Made by a program: the position numbers and the translations under genes. A stretch of DNA of 64,000 bases. It comes from Candidatus Dormiibacterota bacterium (GTDB lineage: Bacteria; Chloroflexota; Dormibacteria; Aeolococcales; Aeolococcaceae). This document shows positions 1-8,925 of the stretch, piece by piece. Numbering within the stretch: position 1 is the first letter of the stretch; each line of letters begins with the position of its first letter. The stretch spans positions 2,109 to 66,108 of the forward strand of contig JBEPVD010000002.1 in NCBI GenBank assembly GCA_041691155.1, in the 5' to 3' direction. The notes below the pieces were generated by a model. It did no database searches and was not told where the DNA came from. It saw only the letters and a list, made by a program, of their open reading frames with translations.

Positions 1-27
1 CGGCGCGTCTCGCGAGGCGGCGTAGGG

Positions 28-186
28 TCAGGCCTCCTCGGCCATCGCCAGCAGGTCGTCGGTGGTCACCTCACCGACCAGCTCGGGATGATCCGTTTGC
101 ATGTGCCGCGCGATGATGTCGGCAGCATCCGATGCTGTCTCGCCACGACCGACAAATCCGCACTGGCAGATGATCTGTTTCGCCAT
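28..186 (-). CDS. small Cys/His protein, DUF1059-like (52 aa)
   Basis: ATG at 186 gives MAKQIICQCGFVGRGET...HMQTDHPELVG. The upstream half of the 28..342 ORF is Arg/Ser-rich and looks non-coding. Family call is from memory of small metal-binding DUF1059 proteins, not searched. Confidence 0.5.
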   Translation of the reverse strand: MAKQIICQCGFVGRGETASDAADIIARHMQTDHPELVGEVTTDDLLAMAEEA

Positions 187-214
187 GGCACCTCTCCTCA
201 TAACCGTTGCTCGC

Positions 215-228
215 CCTGTCGCGACAGG
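215..228. promoter_or_regulatory. perfect 14-bp palindrome CCTGTCGCGACAGG, candidate operator
   Basis: Read directly. It lies between the ATG of the 28..186 gene and the proposed SARP start at 260. It would be coding if the SARP gene starts further upstream in the ORF open from 101. Confidence 0.3.
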
Positions 229-259
229 TGGACCATCTGACATTCTGCATGTCGAAACC

Positions 260-1024
260 TTGACACACCAGCCCTCGACCCGAATCCAGATCTGCGGCCG
301 GCTCGCGGTGGAGATCGCCGGTGAGCGTGTCACCGATCGCATCCCGCGACGTCAGGGTCGCGTGCTCTTCACCTATCTCGTCATCCACCGGCACCGGCCA
401 TCGAGCCGCGACGAGCTCATGGACGCGCTCTGGCCGGACGGGCCCCCGACGGATGCAGACGGAACCCTGAGCACGGTGCTGTCGCGTCTCCGCCGCGCGA
501 TCGGGATGGACGCGCTCGAAGGTCGAGGAGAGGTGCGCCTCGTGCTGCCCCCCGACACGTGGATCGATTTCGAAGCCGCCGAAGAGGCCCTCCACCGCGC
601 CGAATCTGCGATCGCACAAGAGCACTGGGCGCGCGCGTGGGGTCCGTCACTGGTCGCGTTCTTTGCCGCCCGGCGCGGTTTCCTGCGCGGTGAGGACGCG
701 CCCTGGATCGAGCCGGTGCGTCGCCGGCTCGAGGACATCCGATGTTCGGCGCTCGAATGCTATACGGCTTCCGCCCTCGGCATTGGCGGGACCGAACTCC
801 ATGTCGGGGAGCGAACCGCCCGTGAACTGATCACGCTGGCCCCCTACCGCGAATCCGGCTACCGGCTGCTCATGGAGATTCGCGCGGCGCGCGGCAACAT
901 CGCCGAAGCATTGCTGGTCTATGAGGAACTGCGCGGTCTCCTGCGCGAGGAACTCGGCGCGACACCGAGCCCTCAGGTCCAGGCGCTGCATCTGCACCTG
1001 CTCAAGGCCGCTGAACAGGGCTGA
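260..1024 (+). CDS. SARP (AfsR/DnrI-type) transcriptional regulator, winged helix + BTAD
   Basis: OmpR-like N-terminus RIQICGRLAVEIAGERV...RRQGRVLFTYLV...SRDELMDALWP. BTAD helices YRESGYRLLMEIRAARGNIAEALLVYEELRGLLREELGATPSP. Start uncertain (TTG 260 chosen; ORF open from 101). Confidence 0.8.
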   Translation: MTHQPSTRIQICGRLAVEIAGERVTDRIPRRQGRVLFTYLVIHRHRPSSRDELMDALWPDGPPTDADGTLSTVLSRLRRAIGMDALEGRGEVRLVLPPDTWIDFEAAEEALHRAESAIAQEHWARAWGPSLVAFFAARRGFLRGEDAPWIEPVRRRLEDIRCSALECYTASALGIGGTELHVGERTARELITLAPYRESGYRLLMEIRAARGNIAEALLVYEELRGLLREELGATPSPQVQALHLHLLKAAEQG

Positions 1025-1039
1025 CCGGCTGCGACCTGG

Positions 1040-1999
1040 TCAGGTGGATCGAAAGGTGACCGGGTCGCGGGGCGCGCGATCGATGCTCAACTGGAAGATA
1101 TCCGGTCTGCTGTAGTGCCCGGTCACGTCGAGGGTGCGGCGGTCGGCCGCCGCGCGACTCGGTTCGATATCCGCGTAGAGCAGGCCCATCTCGGCGTGCA
1201 GAGGACCCGCGACGACTTCGCCTCCGGGTGCGACCACCACCGAATCGCCGGGATTGATCCACTCGTCGGCATCCGGGAACAGCTCCGAACGTGCCGGGAA
1301 GCTCGTGGGGATGTCCTTGCCGCGCAATGCGCATCCGGAGCCGAGCACCCAGCACCGGCCTTCGGCTGCGATGTGCTTCATGGTCGCGATCCAGGTGTCT
1401 CCATCGTCCCAGGTGGACGCGACGTAAATCTCGACACCTTCCGCGTACAGAGCGTACCGCGCCAGCGGCATGTAGTTCTCCCAGCAGATCAACGTCCCGA
1501 CCCGGCCGACCGGTGTGTCGATGACCCGCAGACCGGTCGCGTCCCCCTGTCCCCACACCATCCGCTCGGGATTGGTCGGAACCAGCTTCCGATGCCGATT
1601 GAGGATCGTGCCGTCCGGTCCGATCGTGACTGCGGTGTTGTACAGGGTCGACCGTCCAAACGCCCCGTCGCGTTCGTGGACACCGATGACGACCACGAGA
1701 CCGAGCGCCGCAGCCACTTCACGGATCGGCGCGAGACCATCCGCAGCGAGATCGATGCTGTTGTCGACAAGGTGTTGGTAGATTTCGCCGGTGAGGTCGT
1801 AGTCACCACCAGGTCGCAACCGCCAGATCCACGCCGGGTAGCCGGGGATGTAGCTCTCCGGGAAGACGACCAGTCGGGCCCCGCCCGCGGCGGCGGTGTG
1901 CAGATGCGTGATGGTCGCTACGATGGTTGCCTCGCGATCGAGCAGCACGGGTGGCTCCTGCACGATCGCCACCCGTAGCGTGCCGCCTTCGCTGTCCAC
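1040..1999 (-). CDS. nitrilase / carbon-nitrogen hydrolase family
   Basis: Glu-Lys-Cys triad contexts VFPESYIPGYP, HRKLVPT and LICWENYMP. GTG 1999 chosen just upstream of LRVAIVQEPP; the ORF extends to 2200 but that part is Arg/Pro-rich. Confidence 0.85.
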   Translation of the reverse strand: MDSEGGTLRVAIVQEPPVLLDREATIVATITHLHTAAAGGARLVVFPESYIPGYPAWIWRLRPGGDYDLTGEIYQHLVDNSIDLAADGLAPIREVAAALGLVVVIGVHERDGAFGRSTLYNTAVTIGPDGTILNRHRKLVPTNPERMVWGQGDATGLRVIDTPVGRVGTLICWENYMPLARYALYAEGVEIYVASTWDDGDTWIATMKHIAAEGRCWVLGSGCALRGKDIPTSFPARSELFPDADEWINPGDSVVVAPGGEVVAGPLHAEMGLLYADIEPSRAAADRRTLDVTGHYSRPDIFQLSIDRAPRDPVTFRST

Positions 2000-2139
2000 G
2001 GCTGGGATGATAATCCGGCGAGCTATGCTCGGCTTCGCGAGCGAAGGTGCTCGACCGGGAGTTGGAGGACCACGTGATGGCATAAGCCTTCGCCCGGCGT
2101 GACTCCGCCGCGCGTAGTGCGGACGCGAGGGAAGCAGCA

Positions 2140-3714
2140 TTGCCAGACGCAACCACCGGTTCGGGAACCCGGCTCTCGGAGATCGTCGCAGCGATCGCAC
2201 TCGCGGCGGACCTCGGGCTGGGGCAACCCCTCGACCATGTGCTCCGCTCGTGCGTGCTTGCGACGCGCTTCGCCGGCACGATCGGGGCGTCGCAGGATGA
2301 CCGCGACGCGACCTACTGGGTGACGATGTTTCTCACCGCCGGATGTACGAGCGCATCGTTTGAGCTGTCGCAGGTTTTTGGCGATGACATCGCGTTCCGC
2401 GCAGGTATCTTCGACGCTGACCCATCGACAGTGCAGGTGCTTCGCTATCTCCTCGATCACGCGGGCCGGAATCGCGGCCCGATAGAGCGGATGAAGGTGC
2501 GCGCCACCTTGCTGGCTTCCAGGATGACGACCCTCCAGCAATCATTCCTCGCACATTGCGCGGTGAACGCACGGCTTGCCGGGCGCCTCAACCTCGGCGA
2601 GGCGGTCGTGTCGTCGCTCTGGCAGACGTTCGCTCGATGGGATGGCAAAGGTCTGCCCAAAGGCTTGCGTGGAAGCGACATTCTCCTGCCGGTGCGCATC
2701 GCCAATATCGCGAATGTCGCGGAAGTGCGCGAGCGTGAGCAGGGCGTCGACGCGTCGCGCGCACTCCTGCGGCGCTTCAGCGGCACGTCGTTTGACCCGA
2801 AACTGATCGATGCCTGGTGTGCCGCGGCCGGTGACCTCAGCGACGGTATTGACGCCGGCGCGTCGTGGGACCATGTGGTCGGCAACGAACCTCGTGGCCG
2901 CGGGCCGCTCGATGAATCAGAGCTCGACGGAGCGCTCGAACTGCTCGCCGACTACGCGGATCTGAAATCGCCGTACTTCACGGGTCATTCGCGGGGCGTC
3001 GCCTCGCTCGCCGCCGCGGCGGGAAAGCACGCGGGATTGCCCGATCCGGAGTTGACGACCCTGCGACGGGCGGCCCTCGTCCACGACATCGGCCGCAACG
3101 GCGTGCCCAACGACATCTGGGATCGTCCCGGCCCTCTGACCGCCACCGAGATGGAACGCGTTCGCCTGCATGCGTACTACACGGATCGCGTGCTGCGACG
3201 CGCCGGCGGTCTGACGGCACTCGCGGCGGTCGGCTCGTCTGCCCACGAGCGCGGTGGCGGCAACGGCTATCCACACGGTCTGACGGCGACCAGCACCCCG
3301 CTCCTGGGACGGTTGCTCGGCGCTGCGGACGCATACCACGCGATGCTCGAGGACAGGCCTCATCGCCGGCCGCTCACGCGCGACGCGGCGGCGGCTGAGT
3401 TGCGTCGTATGGCGCGAAGCGGTGAGCTCGACGGCGCGGCAACCGACGCTGTGCTCGCCGCGGGCGGTCATCCGGTCCGGCGCAAGCCCTCGACGCCCGG
3501 AGGGCTCACCAGCCGGGAAGTCGAAGTGCTGATTCTCACCGCCCGCGGCGGTACGGCGAAGGCGGTGGGGCTGAGGCTGGGCATCACGCCCAAGACCGTG
3601 GGCAACCATATCGAGCGCATTTACATGAAAGCGGGCATCTCCACCCGCGCCGAGGCGGCCATGTTCGCAATGCAGCACGGGCTGGTTCGCGACTGGCAGA
3701 CCGCCGAAACATAG
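2140..3714 (+). CDS. HD-GYP-type HD domain protein fused to LuxR-family HTH
   Basis: LVHDIGRNGVP (HD) and HERGGGNGYPHGL (GYP). The N-terminal half has a degenerate second copy (WDGKGLPKG). C-terminal LuxR HTH is LTSREVEVLILTARGGTAKAVGLRLGITPKTVGNHIERIYMK. TTG start preceded by GAGGGAAG. Confidence 0.8.
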   Translation: MPDATTGSGTRLSEIVAAIALAADLGLGQPLDHVLRSCVLATRFAGTIGASQDDRDATYWVTMFLTAGCTSASFELSQVFGDDIAFRAGIFDADPSTVQVLRYLLDHAGRNRGPIERMKVRATLLASRMTTLQQSFLAHCAVNARLAGRLNLGEAVVSSLWQTFARWDGKGLPKGLRGSDILLPVRIANIANVAEVREREQGVDASRALLRRFSGTSFDPKLIDAWCAAAGDLSDGIDAGASWDHVVGNEPRGRGPLDESELDGALELLADYADLKSPYFTGHSRGVASLAAAAGKHAGLPDPELTTLRRAALVHDIGRNGVPNDIWDRPGPLTATEMERVRLHAYYTDRVLRRAGGLTALAAVGSSAHERGGGNGYPHGLTATSTPLLGRLLGAADAYHAMLEDRPHRRPLTRDAAAAELRRMARSGELDGAATDAVLAAGGHPVRRKPSTPGGLTSREVEVLILTARGGTAKAVGLRLGITPKTVGNHIERIYMKAGISTRAEAAMFAMQHGLVRDWQTAET

Positions 3715-3808
3715 GGAGAATGCCTCTCGACCGTCACGCCGGGCTGCCCTAGCGTCAATCCCAAGCATCACGGGCTCCGTGAAGCGCCATCGCCACGGAG
3801 GACGCACC

Positions 3809-4195
3809 ATGCCGGCTGCAGCACGCACCGAGATCCCGCTCGTCGGTAACAACGGCGGACCGCAATTCGAGGAACGCCGCGTTGAATGGGGTGATATGGA
3901 CGTCGCCCATACGCAATTCCCACCTGGAAACCTGGCGCCATTCCTCCGCGGGCTCCCCGACGATCGATGCCAGTGCCCGCACTGGGGATTCCTTTTCAAA
4001 GGGCGGATCGTCGTCCGCTACGCCGACCACGAGGAGACGATCGAGGCCGGCCAATCCTTCTACATGGCACCCGGACACGCGCCAGAGGCGCTCGCCGAGT
4101 CCGAGATCCTCCAGATCAGCCCCGCCGAGGCGATGCGCGCCACTGACGAGGTGATCAGTCGCAACCTCGCGGCATTCCGGGCGGGCGCGCACTGA
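3809..4195 (+). CDS. cupin-domain protein
   Basis: ATG 3809 preceded by GGAGGA. Small beta-barrel-like sequence (WGFLFKGRIVVRYADHEETIEAGQSFYMAPGH). Family call by resemblance only. Confidence 0.65.
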   Translation: MPAAARTEIPLVGNNGGPQFEERRVEWGDMDVAHTQFPPGNLAPFLRGLPDDRCQCPHWGFLFKGRIVVRYADHEETIEAGQSFYMAPGHAPEALAESEILQISPAEAMRATDEVISRNLAAFRAGAH

Positions 4196-4267
4196 CTGCC
4201 ACCGCCTCGAATCGGGGTTTCGGCGCAAACGAAGGACGGTGCGGACGCTGACGTTATCCTCACGGTC

Positions 4268-5083
4268 GTGAATCCCGCAGGTGCCGGCGTCGAGACGGAT
4301 AGCGACGTGGAACAGGCATGGGCCCGAGCGCGCGCCGCCGCACTCACCGCCGGTGCCGACATCCGCGAGCTGCGCGGCGACGAGGTCCTGATCGCCGGGG
4401 CGGTGGTCGATGAGGTCTGGGGGCCGAATCAGCTTCCCCAGCAGTCCATGCTGCGTGCCTTCGCACATGCGGGGTGCACGCTGCTCGGCGCCACCGTGGG
4501 CGGGCGCCCTGTCGGGATGACGCTCGGATTCCTCGGTTGGAACGGCGGCCTGCATCTGCACTCGCACATGACGGCCGTGCTGCCCAACAGCGCCTCCACG
4601 GGGATCGGCTACGCCCTGAAGCTGTGGCAGCGGGCGGTGTGCCTGCGCGAAGCCATCCATGAGATGCGCTGGACGTACGACCCGATGGTTGCGCGCAACG
4701 CGCACTTCAACCTCGTCAAACTCGGCGCGGTGGCGGTCTCCTTCCAACCCAACTTCTACGGCGTCATGACCGACACCGTGAACGCGGGGGACGACAGCGA
4801 TCGTTTCGAGGTGTCGTGGCGGCTCGATTCGGGCCGAGTGATGGCCGCACTGGCGGGAGCGCCGCAGCGACCCGGTGACGTGGTCCGCTCGCTGGCGATT
4901 CCCTCGGACTACACAGTGCTTTCGCGAACCGACCCGCCCGCGGCACGGGCAGCACGGCAAACTGGTCGAGCGGCGTTGCTCGAAGCACAGCGTGAGGGCC
5001 TTGCCGTGGAATGGGATGCCGGTGCCTATCAGCTCACGCGCGCACTCCCGGGCCAAGAACTCCGCCCGTTGGATGGCTCATGA
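4268..5083 (+). CDS. GNAT-like acyltransferase (candidate amino-acid N-succinyl/acyl-transferase)
   Basis: The STGIGYALKLWQRAV segment resembles GNAT motif A. The stop overlaps the next start (ATGA at 5080..5083). GTG start. Confidence 0.55.
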   Translation: MNPAGAGVETDSDVEQAWARARAAALTAGADIRELRGDEVLIAGAVVDEVWGPNQLPQQSMLRAFAHAGCTLLGATVGGRPVGMTLGFLGWNGGLHLHSHMTAVLPNSASTGIGYALKLWQRAVCLREAIHEMRWTYDPMVARNAHFNLVKLGAVAVSFQPNFYGVMTDTVNAGDDSDRFEVSWRLDSGRVMAALAGAPQRPGDVVRSLAIPSDYTVLSRTDPPAARAARQTGRAALLEAQREGLAVEWDAGAYQLTRALPGQELRPLDGS

Positions 5084-6213
5084 CTGACACCGCGCAGGGC
5101 GAGATGGTCGCGGCGCTCGACCGGCTCGTCATGGCGGAGACGCCGAGCAACGATCTCGCGCTGATCGACACCGGCCTGCGGATTGCGGCAGCGATGATCA
5201 CCACGTCGCTTGGGGTCGCTCCCGAGGTGCTGCGTGTGCATGGACGCGGCCACCTTCGGGTGCGTGGAGACGATGACGGCGTGCTGGTGTTATGCCATCT
5301 CGACACCGTCTGGCCGGAGGGCACGACCGCGCGATGGCCGTTTGCGGTGACCGACGGGCGTGCGACGGGGCCGGGGGCCTTCGACATGAAGGCTGGACTG
5401 GTGCAGGGGCTTTTCGCGCTGCGCGGCTTCGACAGGCTTGAGGCGATCACGCTGCTCGTGACCACGGATGAGGAGATCGGCTCCCCCACGTCGCGGGCGC
5501 TGATCGAAGAAGAGGCGCGCCGTGCTCGCGCGGTGCTGGTCCTCGAGCCCGGACTGGGCGGCCAGGTCAAGGTGGCGCGCAAAGGCGTGTCGATGTATCA
5601 CCTCGCCGTGACCGGGCGGGCGGCTCACGCCGGACTCGAACCGGAGCGCGGCATCAACGCGCTCGTCGAGCTCGCGGCGCAGGTGCCAGTCATCGCTTCG
5701 CTTGGCGACGCCGCGCTCGGCACCTCCTCGACCCCGACGTTGGCGCAAGCCGGTTCCACCATCAACACCGTGCCCGCGAGCGCACACCTGGATATCGACG
5801 TCCGTGCCTGGACTCTTGATGAGCAGGTGCGCGTCGATCGGGCGATGCACTCGTTGACCCCAAACCTGCCGGGCGCCGTCCTCGAGGTCACCGGGGGTGT
5901 GAACCGCCCGCCACTCGAGGACCGCCGATCCTTCGCCCTGGTCCGGCTTGCTCAGCAGTCCGCCGAGGCAGTGGGGATTCCATGGACGGGCACCGCGCGA
6001 GTCGGCGGCGCCTCGGACGGCAACTTCACAGGAGCGCTTGGCGTCCCAACCCTCGATGGGCTCGGAGCGGTGGGTGAAGGCGCGCATGCCGAGGGCGAGT
6101 ATGTCGACGTCACCGCAATGCCCGGTAGAGCCGCGATGTTGCGAGCGCTGATTGAACGGATCGTCGCGCTCCCATCGGGTGCACTCGCCGCCGCATCGGA
6201 CGAGAAGTCGTGA
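5080..6213 (+). CDS. M20-family metallopeptidase / N-acyl-amino-acid deacylase
   Basis: LCHLDTVWPEG, GPGAFDMKAGL, TTDEEIGSP and VTGRAAHAG are typical of M20 (CPG2/DapE/ArgE-like). ATG 5080 overlaps the upstream stop; the stop overlaps the next GTG (6210). Confidence 0.85.
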   Translation: MTDTAQGEMVAALDRLVMAETPSNDLALIDTGLRIAAAMITTSLGVAPEVLRVHGRGHLRVRGDDDGVLVLCHLDTVWPEGTTARWPFAVTDGRATGPGAFDMKAGLVQGLFALRGFDRLEAITLLVTTDEEIGSPTSRALIEEEARRARAVLVLEPGLGGQVKVARKGVSMYHLAVTGRAAHAGLEPERGINALVELAAQVPVIASLGDAALGTSSTPTLAQAGSTINTVPASAHLDIDVRAWTLDEQVRVDRAMHSLTPNLPGAVLEVTGGVNRPPLEDRRSFALVRLAQQSAEAVGIPWTGTARVGGASDGNFTGALGVPTLDGLGAVGEGAHAEGEYVDVTAMPGRAAMLRALIERIVALPSGALAAASDEKS

Positions 6214-7316
6214 AAGTACGGGCTGTCGAACTCCGGCGTCTGGCGGTACCGCTGGTGCGACCTTTCCGCACCTCGTTCGGCACCCAGACGGACCGGGATA
6301 TCCTGCTGGTGCGGGTCGTCACCGACGGCGCCGACGGCAACGCCGAGTGCGTCGCCCTCGCCGACCCCGTCTACAGCAGCGAGTACGTTGCCGGTGCGCA
6401 GGCGGTCATCAGCGATCACCTCGCCCCGAGACTCTTCGCCGCTGGGGAGCTCACCGGTCGTGGGGTGCAATCCGCGCTCGCGGGGGTGATCGGCCACCGC
6501 ATGGCCAAGGCCGCGCTCGAGACTGCGGTGCTCGACGCCGAACTGCGTGGCTTCGGGGTGTCGTTCGCCGGCTACCTCGGTGCCGTACGCGATCGCGTGG
6601 AGTGCGGCGTGTCGGTTGGCATAGCGTCGACCCTCGACGAGCTGATCCAGGAAGTCTCGGGATATCTCCAGCAGGGATACCGCCGCATCAAGCTCAAGAT
6701 CGAGCCCGGCTGGGACTGGGAACCGGTGCACGCGGTGCGCGTGGCGTTCGGCGACGACCTCCTGCTCCAGGTCGACGCCAACACCGCCTACGACATGGCC
6801 ACCGCGCCGCGGTTGCGCCGTCTCGACGAATTCGAACTGCTGCTCATCGAGCAGCCGTTTGTCGAGGAGGACATCGCCGGGCATGCGGCGCTCGCGCAGA
6901 CGATGTCGACGCCGATCTGCCTCGACGAGTCGATCGTCTCGGCGGCGGTCGCGGCCGACGCCGTGAACCGGGGCGCCTGCAGCATCGTCAACATCAAGGC
7001 AGGGCGTGTCGGCGGCTTCCTCGAGGCGGTGCGCATCCATGACGTGTGTGCTGCGCTGGGCGTGCCGGTCTGGTGCGGTGGGATGCTCGAAACCGGCGTC
7101 GGCCGCGCACCGAACGTCGCGCTTGCCGCACTCCCCAACTTCAAGCTGCCGGGTGACACGTCGGCATCCGACCGTTATTTCGCCGAGGACATCACCGAGC
7201 CATTCGTGCTGGAGGATGGCTGCCTGCGCGTTCCGACCGGCCCCGGTATCGGGGTTGAACTGCGCACCGACCTCGTCGACACGATGACCACCGCAGTGGT
7301 GCTCATCAGGCCGTAA
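6210..7316 (+). CDS. enolase-superfamily MLE-subgroup enzyme: N-succinylamino acid racemase / o-succinylbenzoate synthase family
   Basis: KxK motif RIKLKI, metal ligands QVDAN / IEQP / LDES, and second catalytic Lys NIKAGRVGG. GTGA overlap with the M20 gene. Confidence 0.9.
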   Translation: MKVRAVELRRLAVPLVRPFRTSFGTQTDRDILLVRVVTDGADGNAECVALADPVYSSEYVAGAQAVISDHLAPRLFAAGELTGRGVQSALAGVIGHRMAKAALETAVLDAELRGFGVSFAGYLGAVRDRVECGVSVGIASTLDELIQEVSGYLQQGYRRIKLKIEPGWDWEPVHAVRVAFGDDLLLQVDANTAYDMATAPRLRRLDEFELLLIEQPFVEEDIAGHAALAQTMSTPICLDESIVSAAVAADAVNRGACSIVNIKAGRVGGFLEAVRIHDVCAALGVPVWCGGMLETGVGRAPNVALAALPNFKLPGDTSASDRYFAEDITEPFVLEDGCLRVPTGPGIGVELRTDLVDTMTTAVVLIRP

Positions 7317-7367
7317 AGCGCCGTCGCGGCGCCGATCCAGGTCGTCTGGTCCCCGCCGACAACACTG

Positions 7368-8348
7368 TCATGGTGTCGCGTCGGCGTAGAGGTCGGCCAA
7401 CGACCGCGCGTGCGCCGCAAATCGTGCACGGAGTTCGCGGGGCGCGACGACTTCGAGATCAGCACCGAACTTGAGGAAATCCGTTTCGGCCTGAGCGAAC
7501 GACTCGATCGGCACCACCACGTTCGTCCATCCGCCGTCGTCCGGAGCCGGAGCCAACTCGACTGCCGCCACGGCCGCGTCGTCGAGCAGCGTCCGGATCC
7601 GCTTGCGTCCAGCGTTCGAGAGTCTGATGGTTGCGGTGTCGACATGGAGCCGCTCCGCAAATTCGGCAAGAAACGAGTCCCAATAGCGGGCAAGGTCAAA
7701 TTCGTCACGCCGGCGGAACTGCGCGTGGCTGACGTCAAGCCTCGTAACCTGATCGACTCGGTACGTTCGGAAATCATCGCCGCTGCGTGCGACCAGATAC
7801 CAGGTGCCGGCTTTGAGAACGAGGCCGTAGGGCTCGAGCGTGCGCGATACGCTGCTCGGCGCCTTCCAGCGCCGGTAGGTCACCTGGATCTGTTGCTCGT
7901 TCCAGACGGCGTTCGCGATGGCCGTCAGATGGGCCGGCAGTTCGGTCCCGCGGTACCAGACCCCGGTGTCAAGGTGGAAGCGTTCCAGCATCCGGCCCGC
8001 CCGGTTTCGCAATTCCGGGGGAAGTGCGGCGTGCAGCTTCAATTGCGCGGCGGCCATCGCCGATCCAAGACCAAGCTGGGCAGCCGGGCCCGGCATGCCG
8101 GTGAGGAAGAGTGCGTCTGCCTCATCAGTTGTCAGGCCGGTCAATCGGGTCGAGTAGCCCGCACCCAATTGGTATCCGCCAGATCGACCGGTGTCGGCAT
8201 AGATCGGCACCCCCGCGTCCTGGAGCGTTTCGACGTCCCGATAGACCGTTCGGATCGACACCTCCAGGCGATCGGCGATATCCTGCGCCGTGAGCCGGCC
8301 TCGGGACTGGAGGAGCATCAGGGTCGAAAGCAGGCGGGAGGCGCGCAT
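7368..8348 (-). CDS. YafY-family transcriptional regulator (HTH + WYL domain)
   Basis: MRASRLLSTLMLLQSRGRLTAQDIADRLEVSIRTVYRDVETLQDAGVPIYA, then a WYL-type core (WYLVARSGDDFRTYRVDQV). ATG 8348 chosen; alternative ATG 8360. Confidence 0.85.
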   Translation of the reverse strand: MRASRLLSTLMLLQSRGRLTAQDIADRLEVSIRTVYRDVETLQDAGVPIYADTGRSGGYQLGAGYSTRLTGLTTDEADALFLTGMPGPAAQLGLGSAMAAAQLKLHAALPPELRNRAGRMLERFHLDTGVWYRGTELPAHLTAIANAVWNEQQIQVTYRRWKAPSSVSRTLEPYGLVLKAGTWYLVARSGDDFRTYRVDQVTRLDVSHAQFRRRDEFDLARYWDSFLAEFAERLHVDTATIRLSNAGRKRIRTLLDDAAVAAVELAPAPDDGGWTNVVVPIESFAQAETDFLKFGADLEVVAPRELRARFAAHARSLADLYADATP

Positions 8349-8423
8349 AAACACTGACATTATCTGACAGGGTTCTCCCCTAGCGTCATGCCGAATCGAC
8401 AGGCCGTTCTCAGGGGGTGATCC

Positions 8424-8876
8424 ATGCACGACTTCGACTTCTTCGTCGGCACCTGGGACACGATCAACCGTCGCCTCCTCAAGGCGCTCGCCGGCTGCAC
8501 CGAGTGGGACGAATTCCCTGCGACCTCGCAAGCCACGACCATGTTGGGAGGGCTCGCGAACATCGACGAGATAGCGTTTCCCACCAAGGGATACAACGGT
8601 ATGACCGTGCGGCTGTTCGACCCCGAGACCAAGGAGTGGTGCCTGTACTGGATGAGCAGTCGCACACCGGTGATGACCGTTCCGCAGGTCGGCCATTTCG
8701 TCGACGGCGTTGGTGATTTTCTCGGCGATGACATCTACGAGGGTCAGGCGATCCGGGTGCGGTATCTGTGGTCGGGGATCAGCGCGACGACCGCCCGCTG
8801 GGAGCAGGCTTTCTCCGTCGACGGGGAAAAGACCTGGGAGACGAACTGGACCATGGACATGACGCGTCGCGTGTAG
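8424..8876 (+). CDS. conserved hypothetical protein (150 aa), divergent from the WYL regulator
   Basis: Clean ORF with high third-position GC. MHDFDFFVGTWDTINRRL...WEQAFSVDGEKTWETNWTMDMTRR. No family assigned with confidence. Confidence 0.65.
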   Translation: MHDFDFFVGTWDTINRRLLKALAGCTEWDEFPATSQATTMLGGLANIDEIAFPTKGYNGMTVRLFDPETKEWCLYWMSSRTPVMTVPQVGHFVDGVGDFLGDDIYEGQAIRVRYLWSGISATTARWEQAFSVDGEKTWETNWTMDMTRRV

Positions 8877-8925
8877 GACGGGCTACGCTGCTGCCCAGGT
8901 TTCAGGCCGTGAGAGGAGATGGGCC

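Noticed and set aside
3755-5056. 433-aa minus-strand ORF, with similar long antisense ORFs at 5952..7040, 16172..17587, 42217..43230, 48067..49032, 53345..54484, 56198..57871 and 14429..15682
   Set aside because: Each lies antisense to a gene with clear family motifs and is Arg/Gly/Pro/His-rich with no recognisable domain. Stop-poor antisense frames are expected at about 70% GC.
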